Of a DNA stretch of 64,000 nt, positions 7,821 through 16,114 are shown in pieces; position 1 is the stretch's first letter, and each line of letters opens with the position of its first letter. Position numbers and translations under genes: made by a program. The stretch covers positions 11,844-75,843 of the forward strand of contig NZ_CAXVYT010000026.1 in NCBI RefSeq assembly GCF_963422545.2, written 5' to 3'. The DNA is from an uncultured Flavobacterium sp. (GTDB lineage: Bacteria; Bacteroidota; Bacteroidia; Flavobacteriales; Flavobacteriaceae). Under the pieces are notes generated by a model that saw only the letters and a program-made list of their open reading frames with translations, was not told where the DNA came from and did not search any database.

Positions 7821-10010
7821 TTAGAATTTCAGAGTCAGTCCGGCAAGGAAATTAATTCCCGCCTGAGGATAGTAGTACGGGTAAACATCCCACATATACC
7901 CATTTGAAACATACTTTTTATCCAAAATATTATTTACTAAACCAGTAATCATAATTGATTTAAAGATTGATTTAGGTTTTATTTCATAAGAAACATTCAA
8001 ATCGTTTACAAAATAGTCAGCTAGTTTTGCGGCAGGCAATTCTATATTGTTCATGTATTGCTCTCCAACATATTTTTGCAATAATGAAAGGTGTAAACTT
8101 TGAATTGGACTATAAACAATAATGTTTCCAGCAATAACAGATGGCGAATAAGCAATTTCTGTTGTTCCATAATTTTGACCTTCAACAGCCAAATCAATAT
8201 TTTTATTACTGCTTAAAGTAAAATTTGGACGAAGAATAAACTTCTCTGAAAGCTTAATTGTTGCATCTGCTTCAAATCCTAAGCGGTAACTTTTTTCGGT
8301 ATTAGCACGAATTGGAGATCCTACATCGTCAAGCCTTCCTGTCAGAATCAATTGATCTCTGTAACCCATATAATAAACATTTGAGTTCAATTGAAATTTC
8401 TCTGAATTGAATCTCCAGCCTAATTCAAAATCATTTAATTTTTCCGGTTTTGCATGTCCACCTTCGTAATCTGTTCTGTTTGGCTCACGATTTGCACGAG
8501 CGTATGAAAAATAAAGAGTATTTTTTTGATTGATTTCGTAATTCAATCCTGCTTTTGGGTTAAAGAAATTGAAGTTATCATCAACTACACCGGTTTCAGC
8601 GCTATTAGCTTTATATTTTACATTTCTATATTGCAAATCTCCATAGAAACTCAATTTTTCTGTGAATTGATAGTTTGCTTTCGCGAAAATATTCCCATCT
8701 GTTTTTGTTGAAAAATCATCGTAATAATGATCGCCTAATTCAGACTTATCAGAATATCTGGCCCAGATTACTTTACCAAAATGATCTCCTTCATATTTAT
8801 TCCAGCCTCCGCCAAGAATAACATCTAACTTTTCTTCTTTATATTTTACTGAAAAAGTTGTTCCGTAGAAATCATTATCTAACCATTTCTGACGGATTAA
8901 ATCGGTTCCAAGAACTAATTCTCCTAAAGCATTTTCAACCATTTTTGTAGACTGAATTGGTCCATATCCAGCAACTGGTTCATTATATTTATAATTTTCA
9001 TAAAACCCTTTTCCTTTAGTATAATGAATAGCTAAGTTGCTGCTCCATTTATCAGAAAGCGATTCACTCCAATGTAATTGATAATGATTTTGTTTATAAT
9101 TATCAGTTTCGTTGTCATAGAAATGGACATTTCCTGCATCATCTTTATACTTTCCTGCTGAATTATAAGTTCGATCTGAATTTAATGTCTCAGCATCAAT
9201 TCCGTTCCAGGATTGGTATGTTTTTTCAGTTCCTCCAAAAACTAACGCTTTAATTAAAGTTGTTTTTCCAACATAAGTTCCTTGAAGAAAATACGATTTT
9301 AAATCTGAGCTTGCACGATCTACATAACCATCAGATTTAATGGTAGACAAACGTCCTGCAAGTTCAAAATGATCGTTTAATAGACCTGTGCTAAATTTTA
9401 CTGTATTTTTATTAGAATTAAAACTTCCGTAAGAACTTGAAATTTCTCCATTAGCTTTAGACGCATAATTGTCTGTCAACATATTCAAACTTGCACCAAA
9501 AGCAGCAGCACCATTTGTAGAAGTTCCTACACCACGCTGCAATTGCAGACTCTCTACAGAAGAGGCAAAATCAGGCATATTCACCCAGAAGGTCCCTTGA
9601 CTTTCGGCATCGTTGTATGGAATTCCGTTTATCGTTACATTTACTCTCGTTGCATCGCTACCACGCACTCTGATTCCGGTATAACCCATTCCGTTTCCTG
9701 CATCAGAAGTTGTTACAACTGATGGTAAGTAATTCATTAAAATTGGAATATCCTGACCCAGATTTCTAAATTTAATATCTTTTTTATCCAGATTGCTAAA
9801 ACTTACCGGCGTTTTTGCAGTAACACGAACCGCAGAAACCAATACATCGTCAAGCTTGTTGACTTTTGTAGAATCTTGTTCCTGAGCGAAAGAAAAAAGA
9901 GTAAAGAAAATAGAGAATAGAGTAAAGAAAATAGATTTTTGATTCAACTTTGAACCTTTGCAACTTTGTACCTTTGTACCTTTAAAAGCACCTTTAATAA
10001 TAGTTTTCAT
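7821..10010 (-). CDS. TonB-dependent outer-membrane receptor (TPP-riboswitch controlled; probable thiamine/precursor uptake)
   Basis: It has a plug and barrel with a C-terminal 'LTLKF' and the TonB-box region 'DDVLVSA'. A TPP riboswitch lies about 90 nt upstream. The true start may instead be the TTG at 9947, giving MNQKSIFFTLF...FA|QEQ (see finding). Confidence 0.88.
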   Translation of the reverse strand: MKTIIKGAFKGTKVQSCKGSKLNQKSIFFTLFSIFFTLFSFAQEQDSTKVNKLDDVLVSAVRVTAKTPVSFSNLDKKDIKFRNLGQDIPILMNYLPSVVTTSDAGNGMGYTGIRVRGSDATRVNVTINGIPYNDAESQGTFWVNMPDFASSVESLQLQRGVGTSTNGAAAFGASLNMLTDNYASKANGEISSSYGSFNSNKNTVKFSTGLLNDHFELAGRLSTIKSDGYVDRASSDLKSYFLQGTYVGKTTLIKALVFGGTEKTYQSWNGIDAETLNSDRTYNSAGKYKDDAGNVHFYDNETDNYKQNHYQLHWSESLSDKWSSNLAIHYTKGKGFYENYKYNEPVAGYGPIQSTKMVENALGELVLGTDLIRQKWLDNDFYGTTFSVKYKEEKLDVILGGGWNKYEGDHFGKVIWARYSDKSELGDHYYDDFSTKTDGNIFAKANYQFTEKLSFYGDLQYRNVKYKANSAETGVVDDNFNFFNPKAGLNYEINQKNTLYFSYARANREPNRTDYEGGHAKPEKLNDFELGWRFNSEKFQLNSNVYYMGYRDQLILTGRLDDVGSPIRANTEKSYRLGFEADATIKLSEKFILRPNFTLSSNKNIDLAVEGQNYGTTEIAYSPSVIAGNIIVYSPIQSLHLSLLQKYVGEQYMNNIELPAAKLADYFVNDLNVSYEIKPKSIFKSIMITGLVNNILDKKYVSNGYMWDVYPYYYPQAGINFLAGLTLKF
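9948..9983. repeat. tandem 8-nt repeat CTTTGNAC x4.5 in the riboswitch-to-CDS leader / annotated N-terminus
   Basis: The sequence reads 'ctttgaac ctttgcaa ctttgtac ctttgtac cttt'. The 8-nt period is not a multiple of 3. Confidence 0.85.
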
Positions 10011-10097
10011 CCGTAAAAAAATTACGAATAAAAGGGGGAATTATTCTTTTTGTTAAATTAATAAATGTTTCACGACAAAATATAGTATACACGCTAA

Positions 10098-10186
10098 AAT
10101 TGTCGTTTTTCCCTTAGCAACATTACTCGCTCAGGTTCTTTGGGTATGATCTCAGCTCGTTATTTAGAGCACCCCTTTGAGACAGT
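10098..10186 (-). promoter_or_regulatory. TPP (THI-box) riboswitch
   Basis: The minus-strand RNA reads 'CAAAGGGGUGCUCUAAAUAACGAGCUGAGAUCAUACCCAAAGAACCUGAGCGAGUAAUGUUGCUAAGGGAA'. It contains the conserved GGGGUGC, GCUGAGA, ACCC, AACCUGA, GUAAU and AAGGGA blocks in canonical order. Confidence 0.9.
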
Positions 10187-10187
10187 G

Positions 10188-10195
10188 CAAATGTA
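10188..10195 (-). promoter_or_regulatory. -7 promoter box TAnnTTTG for the riboswitch transcript
   Basis: The minus strand reads 'tacatttg', immediately 5' of the aptamer. Confidence 0.55.
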
Positions 10196-10261
10196 ATGTT
10201 AAAAATTTCAAAAATCAAATTCCAAAAACATTACAACAAATAATTTACTGACTTTATCTTT

Positions 10262-10747
10262 TTATTTGTTCTTTTCAATTATCATATTTATTTTTTTTAG
10301 GCTAAAGAGTGATATTCCAATTATCAAAAATAATATTCCTTGCGCAATATATTTGTATCGCAAATTGTAGTTTACATTTTCAGGAGAAATAATTCCTCTC
10401 ATAACTCCGTTAAACAAGCCAAGCCTGCTTATTAAAATACTCAACAAAAACACAAATAGACAATTTAACAATAACCATTTCTTTTTTACAGAAACTGCTA
10501 TTGAAAGAACAGTGCCAATTAATATAACTATGGAAATTGAAAGTCCCTTAGCCAAAGATACATTCATAATATCTACAGAACTTAACGCATATTTTTTTGC
10601 GTTATGAGCTATTTTTTCAACTCCGTTTTTCTGTGATAATTCTAAAATCCGTATATTATACAGTCCTGAAAAAGAATATATTGACAAAATAAGAATCCAA
10701 ACTCCTATTGTATGGAAAACAATTTGCAAATAATTAAGTTTCTTCAT
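10262..10747 (-). CDS. hypothetical integral membrane protein
   Basis: The 161-aa ORF has about 4 hydrophobic segments. I recognise no motif. Confidence 0.6.
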   Translation of the reverse strand: MKKLNYLQIVFHTIGVWILILSIYSFSGLYNIRILELSQKNGVEKIAHNAKKYALSSVDIMNVSLAKGLSISIVILIGTVLSIAVSVKKKWLLLNCLFVFLLSILISRLGLFNGVMRGIISPENVNYNLRYKYIAQGILFLIIGISLFSLKKINMIIEKNK

Positions 10748-10778
10748 AATTAAATTATCTTTTTATTCAACAAGAGTA

Positions 10779-11183
10779 TTAATCTAAATCCGGTTTTCTT
10801 CTTGATTGTTTAAGATCAGAAATATTCTTTTTGTCTTTGATACGTTTTTTAATTACAGATTTTGGAATCTTAGTCGCTTTTCGAGCCTTAGGAACAAACA
10901 ATCCTTTTTTAATTATTTCCAAAAATCGCTTTGTAACAATATCTTTGTTTTTAAGCTGGCTTCTATCTTCATCACAATTTAAAACAAGTATATTTTCAGT
11001 TGTTAATCGTGATGCAATGTTGGTTTGTAAAAGCAGTTTTTCTTCTTCAGACAAAGCCTGAGAAGTATTCAAATCAAAAGTCAAAACCACTTTTGAGGAG
11101 ACTTTATTCACGTTTTGTCCACCGGCACCACTACTTCTAACAGCCTTAAAACTTAACTCTGATATGATTTTATCTATATCCAT
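10779..11183 (-). CDS. arfB: alternative ribosome-rescue factor ArfB (peptidyl-tRNA hydrolase, GGQ)
   Basis: It has the GGQ motif 'SGAGGQNVNKVSS' and a basic C-terminal tail. Its ATG overlaps the upstream stop (TAATG). Confidence 0.88.
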   Translation of the reverse strand: MDIDKIISELSFKAVRSSGAGGQNVNKVSSKVVLTFDLNTSQALSEEEKLLLQTNIASRLTTENILVLNCDEDRSQLKNKDIVTKRFLEIIKKGLFVPKARKATKIPKSVIKKRIKDKKNISDLKQSRRKPDLD

Positions 11184-13297
11184 TATTGTAGTTGGTGTGC
11201 TGGTTTTAGCAAATCATTTACTGTTTTTACCGGATTAAAAGTGATTAACGGTACCGACACAAAAATAGTCAGCCAGTTTGCCATTGCACCATTCCATAAT
11301 CCTGGCAATTCATAGCTTTTTACTGTTTTGCCGTCTACACTTTTCTCTACAATAAAACCCGCATTTTGATCTACAAATCGCAACAAATCAAATTTTTGAT
11401 TTTTATAATTTCTGATTCCGCAAACTAAATCTACCGGGTTGAAATGTGTCGCTTCGGTTAAAATTTTTTGCTGCTTTTTACTTTCTATATCAACTTGAGA
11501 GCTCTCTACAATTTGAAGACTTACTACACCATGATCATTCATAACCCAAAACGGACCTCCGCCAGGTTCTCCTTCATTTTTAACCATTCCGCATACTCGG
11601 ATTGGTCTGTCCAGTAATTCTTTAATTTTATCAATTTTGTTTTCAAAAGTAAACTTATCAAAGTCTTCTGTGATTTCTATATTTAGCTTTTTAGTCAAAA
11701 ACGTAACTACTTCGTCTATAGAATCTTCTTTTATTTCCTGCTTATCGATCGCTTTTAAATAATTGAAAACTCTTTGTTGATTTTCTATTAAAATTCCCGC
11801 CAAAGCCTTTTTGTACAATGTAGTTTCTTCAATATGATTTTGAATCACATTGTCAATATTCTTTATAAAAATAACATCTGAGTCAAGATTACCCAAATTT
11901 TCAATCAATGCTCCGTGTCCTCCAGGTCTAAAAACCAGTGCTCCATTTTGATCTCTGAAAACTTTATTTTTTGTTTCAATAGTAATAGAATCTGTGGCTT
12001 TATTTTGATAAGAATAGCTAATATCAATTTTAGTTTCTGAACGTTCTTCTACTTTATCTTTTACCAATTCTACAGCTTCTTCAAATAAATCCTGATGTAT
12101 TTCAGAAACGGTAAAATGCAAATGAGAAACTTGATTTGCTGTTGCATAATGCACACACTCATTCAAATGCTCCTCTATTGGGTTTGCGATATGCGTTTTA
12201 TACTTATGAAAAGGTAAAACTGCTTTTGGTTTATTGGCAAAATTAAAATGATCCGAAGACATTAATAATTTTATAAAATAATAGTTTTTATAATTTCTAT
12301 CTAAAGTTTCAAAATCAGGATAGATTTCTTTTAATTTTTTATCTATAGCTTCAAAAAACGGAAACTTCTCCATTGCTACAATAAAAATTGGCAGTTCTTT
12401 GTCTTTTTTTCTATTAATATAAGCATTTATTGTTTCTTTTTCGACTTCAAACTCATTCAAAAATGATTTCAAAAACTTAAACATTCTTGTTGCCGCTCCA
12501 GAAGCCGGAACAAATTTATTTAATTTTAAATGTTCTCTTTGACAATCAAAAAAAGCTGCTTTTTCTTCAAAATCTTCATTTGATAATTCTACAATTCCGT
12601 TACCAATAGTTGCCGGACTTATCAAATTGCTTTTTGAAATCCCCTTCTTTAAAATCTTAAACTGTTCAATTATATTCTGAAAAGGAATTCCATGCTCGTA
12701 AATCTGAACAAAATCTTCTGATGTAAAATTACGTTCTTTAGCCATAGTCAAATCATTGATAATAGCTATAGCTTTTGCCAGTCGACATTCTTTATCTCCG
12801 GAAAGTGTTATAAAAGGCTTTTTAGTATCAATCAGTGTTTGTTTAAAAACTGAAAAAACACTTTCTCTACCATCAGGAGTATCTCTAATGTCGTCTTTTT
12901 CCCAAGGAACATCAATATCTGTAAGGAAAAACAAATCGTATTCATGCTCTAAAGCTGCTTCGTGTAATAATGGATCTGAGAAGCCATAATACATTTCAGA
13001 AAAAACCTTAGTAACCATTAAATTAGTATCGCAAAACAAATACTTATTTGCCACAGTAAGTTTTTTATTTTCTAGTGCAACTTGTCCGTATGCAATAGGC
13101 ATCATATCATCAGCTACGCAAATATGCTGATTCTCTTCCCATTTTTCTTGTAAATAGTCACGTGCAAACTCAGGAACCCATTCGGTTTCATAGTATTCTG
13201 CAAGTTGTTTTGCCAATGTGGTTTTTCCTGTACTTTCAGGACCAAATAAAGCAATTTTTATGATAGCTGTTTTTTGCTGTCTAAGATCTTTCTCCAT
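11183..13297 (-). CDS. fusion protein: NadR-type ribosylnicotinamide-kinase-like P-loop domain + DUF4301-like domain with UGPase-like motifs
   Basis: Residues 1-184 carry 'FGPESTGKTTLAKQLA...EFARDY...FCDT...DVPWEKDDIRD', matching the NadR RNK/AAA_28 pattern. Residues 185-704 carry 'FVPASGAATRMF', 'FRPGGHGALIENL' and 'IFIKNIDNV'. No stop separates the two parts, and an internal Met lies at nt 12745. Confidence 0.8.
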   Translation of the reverse strand: MEKDLRQQKTAIIKIALFGPESTGKTTLAKQLAEYYETEWVPEFARDYLQEKWEENQHICVADDMMPIAYGQVALENKKLTVANKYLFCDTNLMVTKVFSEMYYGFSDPLLHEAALEHEYDLFFLTDIDVPWEKDDIRDTPDGRESVFSVFKQTLIDTKKPFITLSGDKECRLAKAIAIINDLTMAKERNFTSEDFVQIYEHGIPFQNIIEQFKILKKGISKSNLISPATIGNGIVELSNEDFEEKAAFFDCQREHLKLNKFVPASGAATRMFKFLKSFLNEFEVEKETINAYINRKKDKELPIFIVAMEKFPFFEAIDKKLKEIYPDFETLDRNYKNYYFIKLLMSSDHFNFANKPKAVLPFHKYKTHIANPIEEHLNECVHYATANQVSHLHFTVSEIHQDLFEEAVELVKDKVEERSETKIDISYSYQNKATDSITIETKNKVFRDQNGALVFRPGGHGALIENLGNLDSDVIFIKNIDNVIQNHIEETTLYKKALAGILIENQQRVFNYLKAIDKQEIKEDSIDEVVTFLTKKLNIEITEDFDKFTFENKIDKIKELLDRPIRVCGMVKNEGEPGGGPFWVMNDHGVVSLQIVESSQVDIESKKQQKILTEATHFNPVDLVCGIRNYKNQKFDLLRFVDQNAGFIVEKSVDGKTVKSYELPGLWNGAMANWLTIFVSVPLITFNPVKTVNDLLKPAHQLQ

Positions 13298-13881
13298 TCT
13301 AAATAAGCTGAAATAGCCAAAATTGTAAAAATTAAATACTGAAGTGACAACATCCCTAAGCCGCGATAAGCATAAAGAGGCACTACAATAATATCACCAA
13401 TAATCCAAAGTGTCCAGTTTTCGATTTTTTTCCTGGCCATGTACCACATTCCTGCAAAAAATATTCCAGACGAAATCATGTCAACATAATTGTCTTTTTT
13501 GATATCGTAGTCAAAAAACTTATAAATCCCGAAAACTACAAAAACAGTAACAATAAACAGTCCGATTCCGATTATTTTTTCATTAAAACTCGTTCGGGTA
13601 ATTGGTAAATTATCCTCGGCTGTTCCTCCTTTTGCCCAGACATACCAACCATAAATACTCATAATCGAGAAATATCCATTGATAATCATGTCTCCTATGT
13701 AACCTGCAATATATAAGAGATATACTGAAATTACTGTAGCAATTAGACCTGTAGGATATACCCAAATATTTTCTTTTTTAGCAAACCAAACGCTCAAAAT
13801 TCCGCAAACAAAAACCAAAAACTCCAGAGCAATATGCCATAAAGGAGCGTTCTTGTAACTATCGAGAAAAAAATCAATCAT
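13258..13881 (-). CDS. pnuC: PnuC-family nicotinamide riboside transporter
   Basis: It is a 207-aa polytopic protein with a PnuC-like sequence. Its 3' end overlaps the next ORF by 40 nt. Confidence 0.8.
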   Translation of the reverse strand: MIDFFLDSYKNAPLWHIALEFLVFVCGILSVWFAKKENIWVYPTGLIATVISVYLLYIAGYIGDMIINGYFSIMSIYGWYVWAKGGTAEDNLPITRTSFNEKIIGIGLFIVTVFVVFGIYKFFDYDIKKDNYVDMISSGIFFAGMWYMARKKIENWTLWIIGDIIVVPLYAYRGLGMLSLQYLIFTILAISAYLEWRKILDSKKQLS

Positions 13882-13902
13882 TTTGGGTTTGTTTTGGTTG
13901 TT

Positions 13903-14634
13903 TTATTCTGATTCAAAAAAATGACTGTCATTTTCAAAAGCAGTTCCAATAACTACTAAATCAGCACCAGCATTATATGCATTTTGAATTCCGTGCAAAT
14001 CTACAATTCCTCCTCCAACAATTACAGGAATTCTGATATTTTGCGAAATTAACTGTATCATTTCCAGCGGAACGGCATTTTTTGCTCCGCTTCCAGCCTC
14101 TAAATAGATTAATTTATTTCCTAACATTTCTCCCGCCTGTGCGGTTGCCAAAGCCAGATCAAAATCTTCTCTATTAAGCGGTTTTGTTTTACTAACCCGG
14201 GCAACAGCAGTTTCATTACCACTTTCTATTAAAATATAACCTGTAGAAATAACCTCCAGATTCGTTTTTTTAAGAATTGGTGCCGCCTGAACCTGATATT
14301 CTATTAAATAATCAGGATTGCGACCAGACAATAAAGACAAGAACAAAATAGCATCTGCCTGAGGTGAAATCTGTGACGGATTACCCGGAAATATCACAAC
14401 TGGCAAATTGGTATTTTGTTTTAATTGTGCAATCAAATCTTCTAAGATTGTTGATTCCACAATACTCCCTCCCACAAAAATATGTGTTGCAGGAGATTCG
14501 TTTATCTTCTGTAATAAATGGTCTAAATTTTCCCAGACAATTTTATCCGGATCCAAAAGTATAGCCAATAATTTTTGTCCATCTCTTTTAGCCTCTAAAA
14601 TTTGCTGATGTATATTGCGTAATTTTTGCTGCAT
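13903..14634 (-). CDS. pcrB: PcrB/GGGP-synthase family prenyl-glyceryl-phosphate synthase
   Basis: The TIM-barrel motifs 'IFVGGS', 'IYLEAGSGA' and 'VIVGGGI' are present. Confidence 0.82.
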   Translation of the reverse strand: MQQKLRNIHQQILEAKRDGQKLLAILLDPDKIVWENLDHLLQKINESPATHIFVGGSIVESTILEDLIAQLKQNTNLPVVIFPGNPSQISPQADAILFLSLLSGRNPDYLIEYQVQAAPILKKTNLEVISTGYILIESGNETAVARVSKTKPLNREDFDLALATAQAGEMLGNKLIYLEAGSGAKNAVPLEMIQLISQNIRIPVIVGGGIVDLHGIQNAYNAGADLVVIGTAFENDSHFFESE

Positions 14635-14686
14635 AATCGCCGTAAAAGTAAAAGTTTTTTAATGTAGAAGAACTATTTTGAATAAT

Positions 14687-14694
14687 TATATTTG
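14687..14694 (+). promoter_or_regulatory. -7 promoter box TAnnTTTG
   Basis: 'tatatttg' lies 34 nt upstream of the ATG at 14728. Confidence 0.5.
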
Positions 14695-14727
14695 TGTGTT
14701 ACCTTTTAACTACCAAGAAACAATATT

Positions 14728-15324
14728 ATGATTGCATTTGATCTTTTGGAAAAATATGGTGCTGTGAAGAAAAATTTCGCCAAAAACGAAATTATTTTTG
14801 AGGAAGGGAATTTGCCAACTCATTATTATCAAATTGTTTCCGGCGAAGTAAAAATGAGCAATTATAATGATGATGCCCGCGAATTTATTCAGGGAATCTT
14901 TTATAAAGAACAATCTTTTGGAGAACCGCCTTTGTTCTTAAATCAAAAATATCCTGCTAATGCCATTGCGGTTGAAGATTCAGAAATTCTTCTGTTGCCT
15001 AAAAACAGTTTTATGAAATTGCTGGAAGAAAACTCCGCTATTAGCATTAAAATCATCGAAAATTTAGCCCAACGTTTGTATTACAAATCGGTTATGGCAG
15101 CCGAAATGTCTACGCAGGAACCTGAACATCGTGTTTTGAAATTAATCGATCACGGAATTGCTTATTTTAATTTCAAGAAAAACGAAAACGGCTACCTCAT
15201 TAATTTCACAAGACAACAAATTGGGGATTTAACCGGTTTACGCGTCGAAACTGTCATCAGAACCATAAAAGCTTTGGAAAAAAAAGGTGTTTTGAAGATT
15301 ATAAACAGGAAAGTATACCGATAA
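14728..15324 (+). CDS. Crp/Fnr family transcriptional regulator
   Basis: It has a cNMP-binding beta-roll ('FEEGNLPTHYYQIVSGEVK', 'FGEP') and a C-terminal HTH ('QQIGDLTGLRVETVIRTIK'). Confidence 0.88.
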   Translation: MIAFDLLEKYGAVKKNFAKNEIIFEEGNLPTHYYQIVSGEVKMSNYNDDAREFIQGIFYKEQSFGEPPLFLNQKYPANAIAVEDSEILLLPKNSFMKLLEENSAISIKIIENLAQRLYYKSVMAAEMSTQEPEHRVLKLIDHGIAYFNFKKNENGYLINFTRQQIGDLTGLRVETVIRTIKALEKKGVLKIINRKVYR

Positions 15325-15376
15325 AATAGTTCTTGTTTTATGATTTTAGTCATAAAATAGAGCCTCAAAGTGCTTG

Positions 15377-15384
15377 TAACTTTG
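15377..15384 (+). promoter_or_regulatory. -7 promoter box TAnnTTTG
   Basis: 'taactttg' lies 21 nt upstream of the ATG at 15405. Confidence 0.5.
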
Positions 15385-15404
15385 TAACTCTAAAAACAAA
15401 TATT

Positions 15405-15692
15405 ATGACACTTTATCAAACAACATTTGAAAATTTCAATAAAAATTATATTGGTTCTGCAACAATGGCTGTAATTGGTCAAAGCTGTTTAGGTGCAGCT
15501 GCAGCAATGTATATTCTTTCTCACGGAACCTCTATTGGTCAGATGATACAATTGGGTATTATTGTTTTGGCTTGTATCTTAGCCAATACCTCTATCTTGG
15601 CACAAATGAAACACAAAGTGGTTTTTAACTTCATTCTTACCAGCGTTATATTAAGTATTTTATTTATAATCCTGAACAACTTCTTAGTATGA
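15405..15692 (+). CDS. small 3-TM membrane protein
   Basis: I place the start at 'MTLYQTTF' rather than 15333, because the promoter box lies inside the longer ORF. It overlaps the globin gene by 4 nt (ATGA). Confidence 0.6.
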   Translation: MTLYQTTFENFNKNYIGSATMAVIGQSCLGAAAAMYILSHGTSIGQMIQLGIIVLACILANTSILAQMKHKVVFNFILTSVILSILFIILNNFLV

Positions 15693-16075
15693 GAAAACAA
15701 ATAGAAAATAGAGCTGATGTTTCTTTTTTAGTACATCAGTTCTATACTAAAATAAGAGCCGATGAAGAAATTGGTTTTTATTTTAATACCATGATTAAAG
15801 ATTGGGACACACATCTTGAAAAGCTAACAGATTTTTGGGAAACCAATTTATTTGCAGTAAAAAAATACAAAGGCAATCCGCATGCAGTACACAATAAAGT
15901 TGACGCACATTTTGAGGGCTCAATCACCTCGAACGAATTCGGAATATGGCTTAATTATTGGGTTCAGACTTTAGATGAACATTTTGAAGGCGAAAATGTA
16001 GAAACCCTGAAAAGACGTGCCCGAAAAATGGGAACTTTTTTGTTTGTGAGCATGTTTGAACATCGCAAAAGATGA
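15689..16075 (+). CDS. group III truncated haemoglobin (Ctb-like)
   Basis: 'FYTKIRADEEIGFYFN...W..HLEKLTDFWETNLF...YKGNPHAVH' follows the pattern of group III trHb. Confidence 0.72.
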   Translation: MRKQIENRADVSFLVHQFYTKIRADEEIGFYFNTMIKDWDTHLEKLTDFWETNLFAVKKYKGNPHAVHNKVDAHFEGSITSNEFGIWLNYWVQTLDEHFEGENVETLKRRARKMGTFLFVSMFEHRKR

Positions 16076-16114
16076 GTGAAGTTTCTAAGCTATAAGCTAT
16101 TAAACGTATTGTCT

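Noticed and set aside
13258-13881. Re-interpreting the PnuC homologue as the thiamine transporter PnuT, given the nearby TPP riboswitch.
   Set aside because: The riboswitch lies 3 kb downstream with its own promoter box, in front of the TonB receptor, not in front of this gene. The gene is coupled to a NadR-type riboside-kinase domain instead. Specificity cannot be settled from sequence alone.
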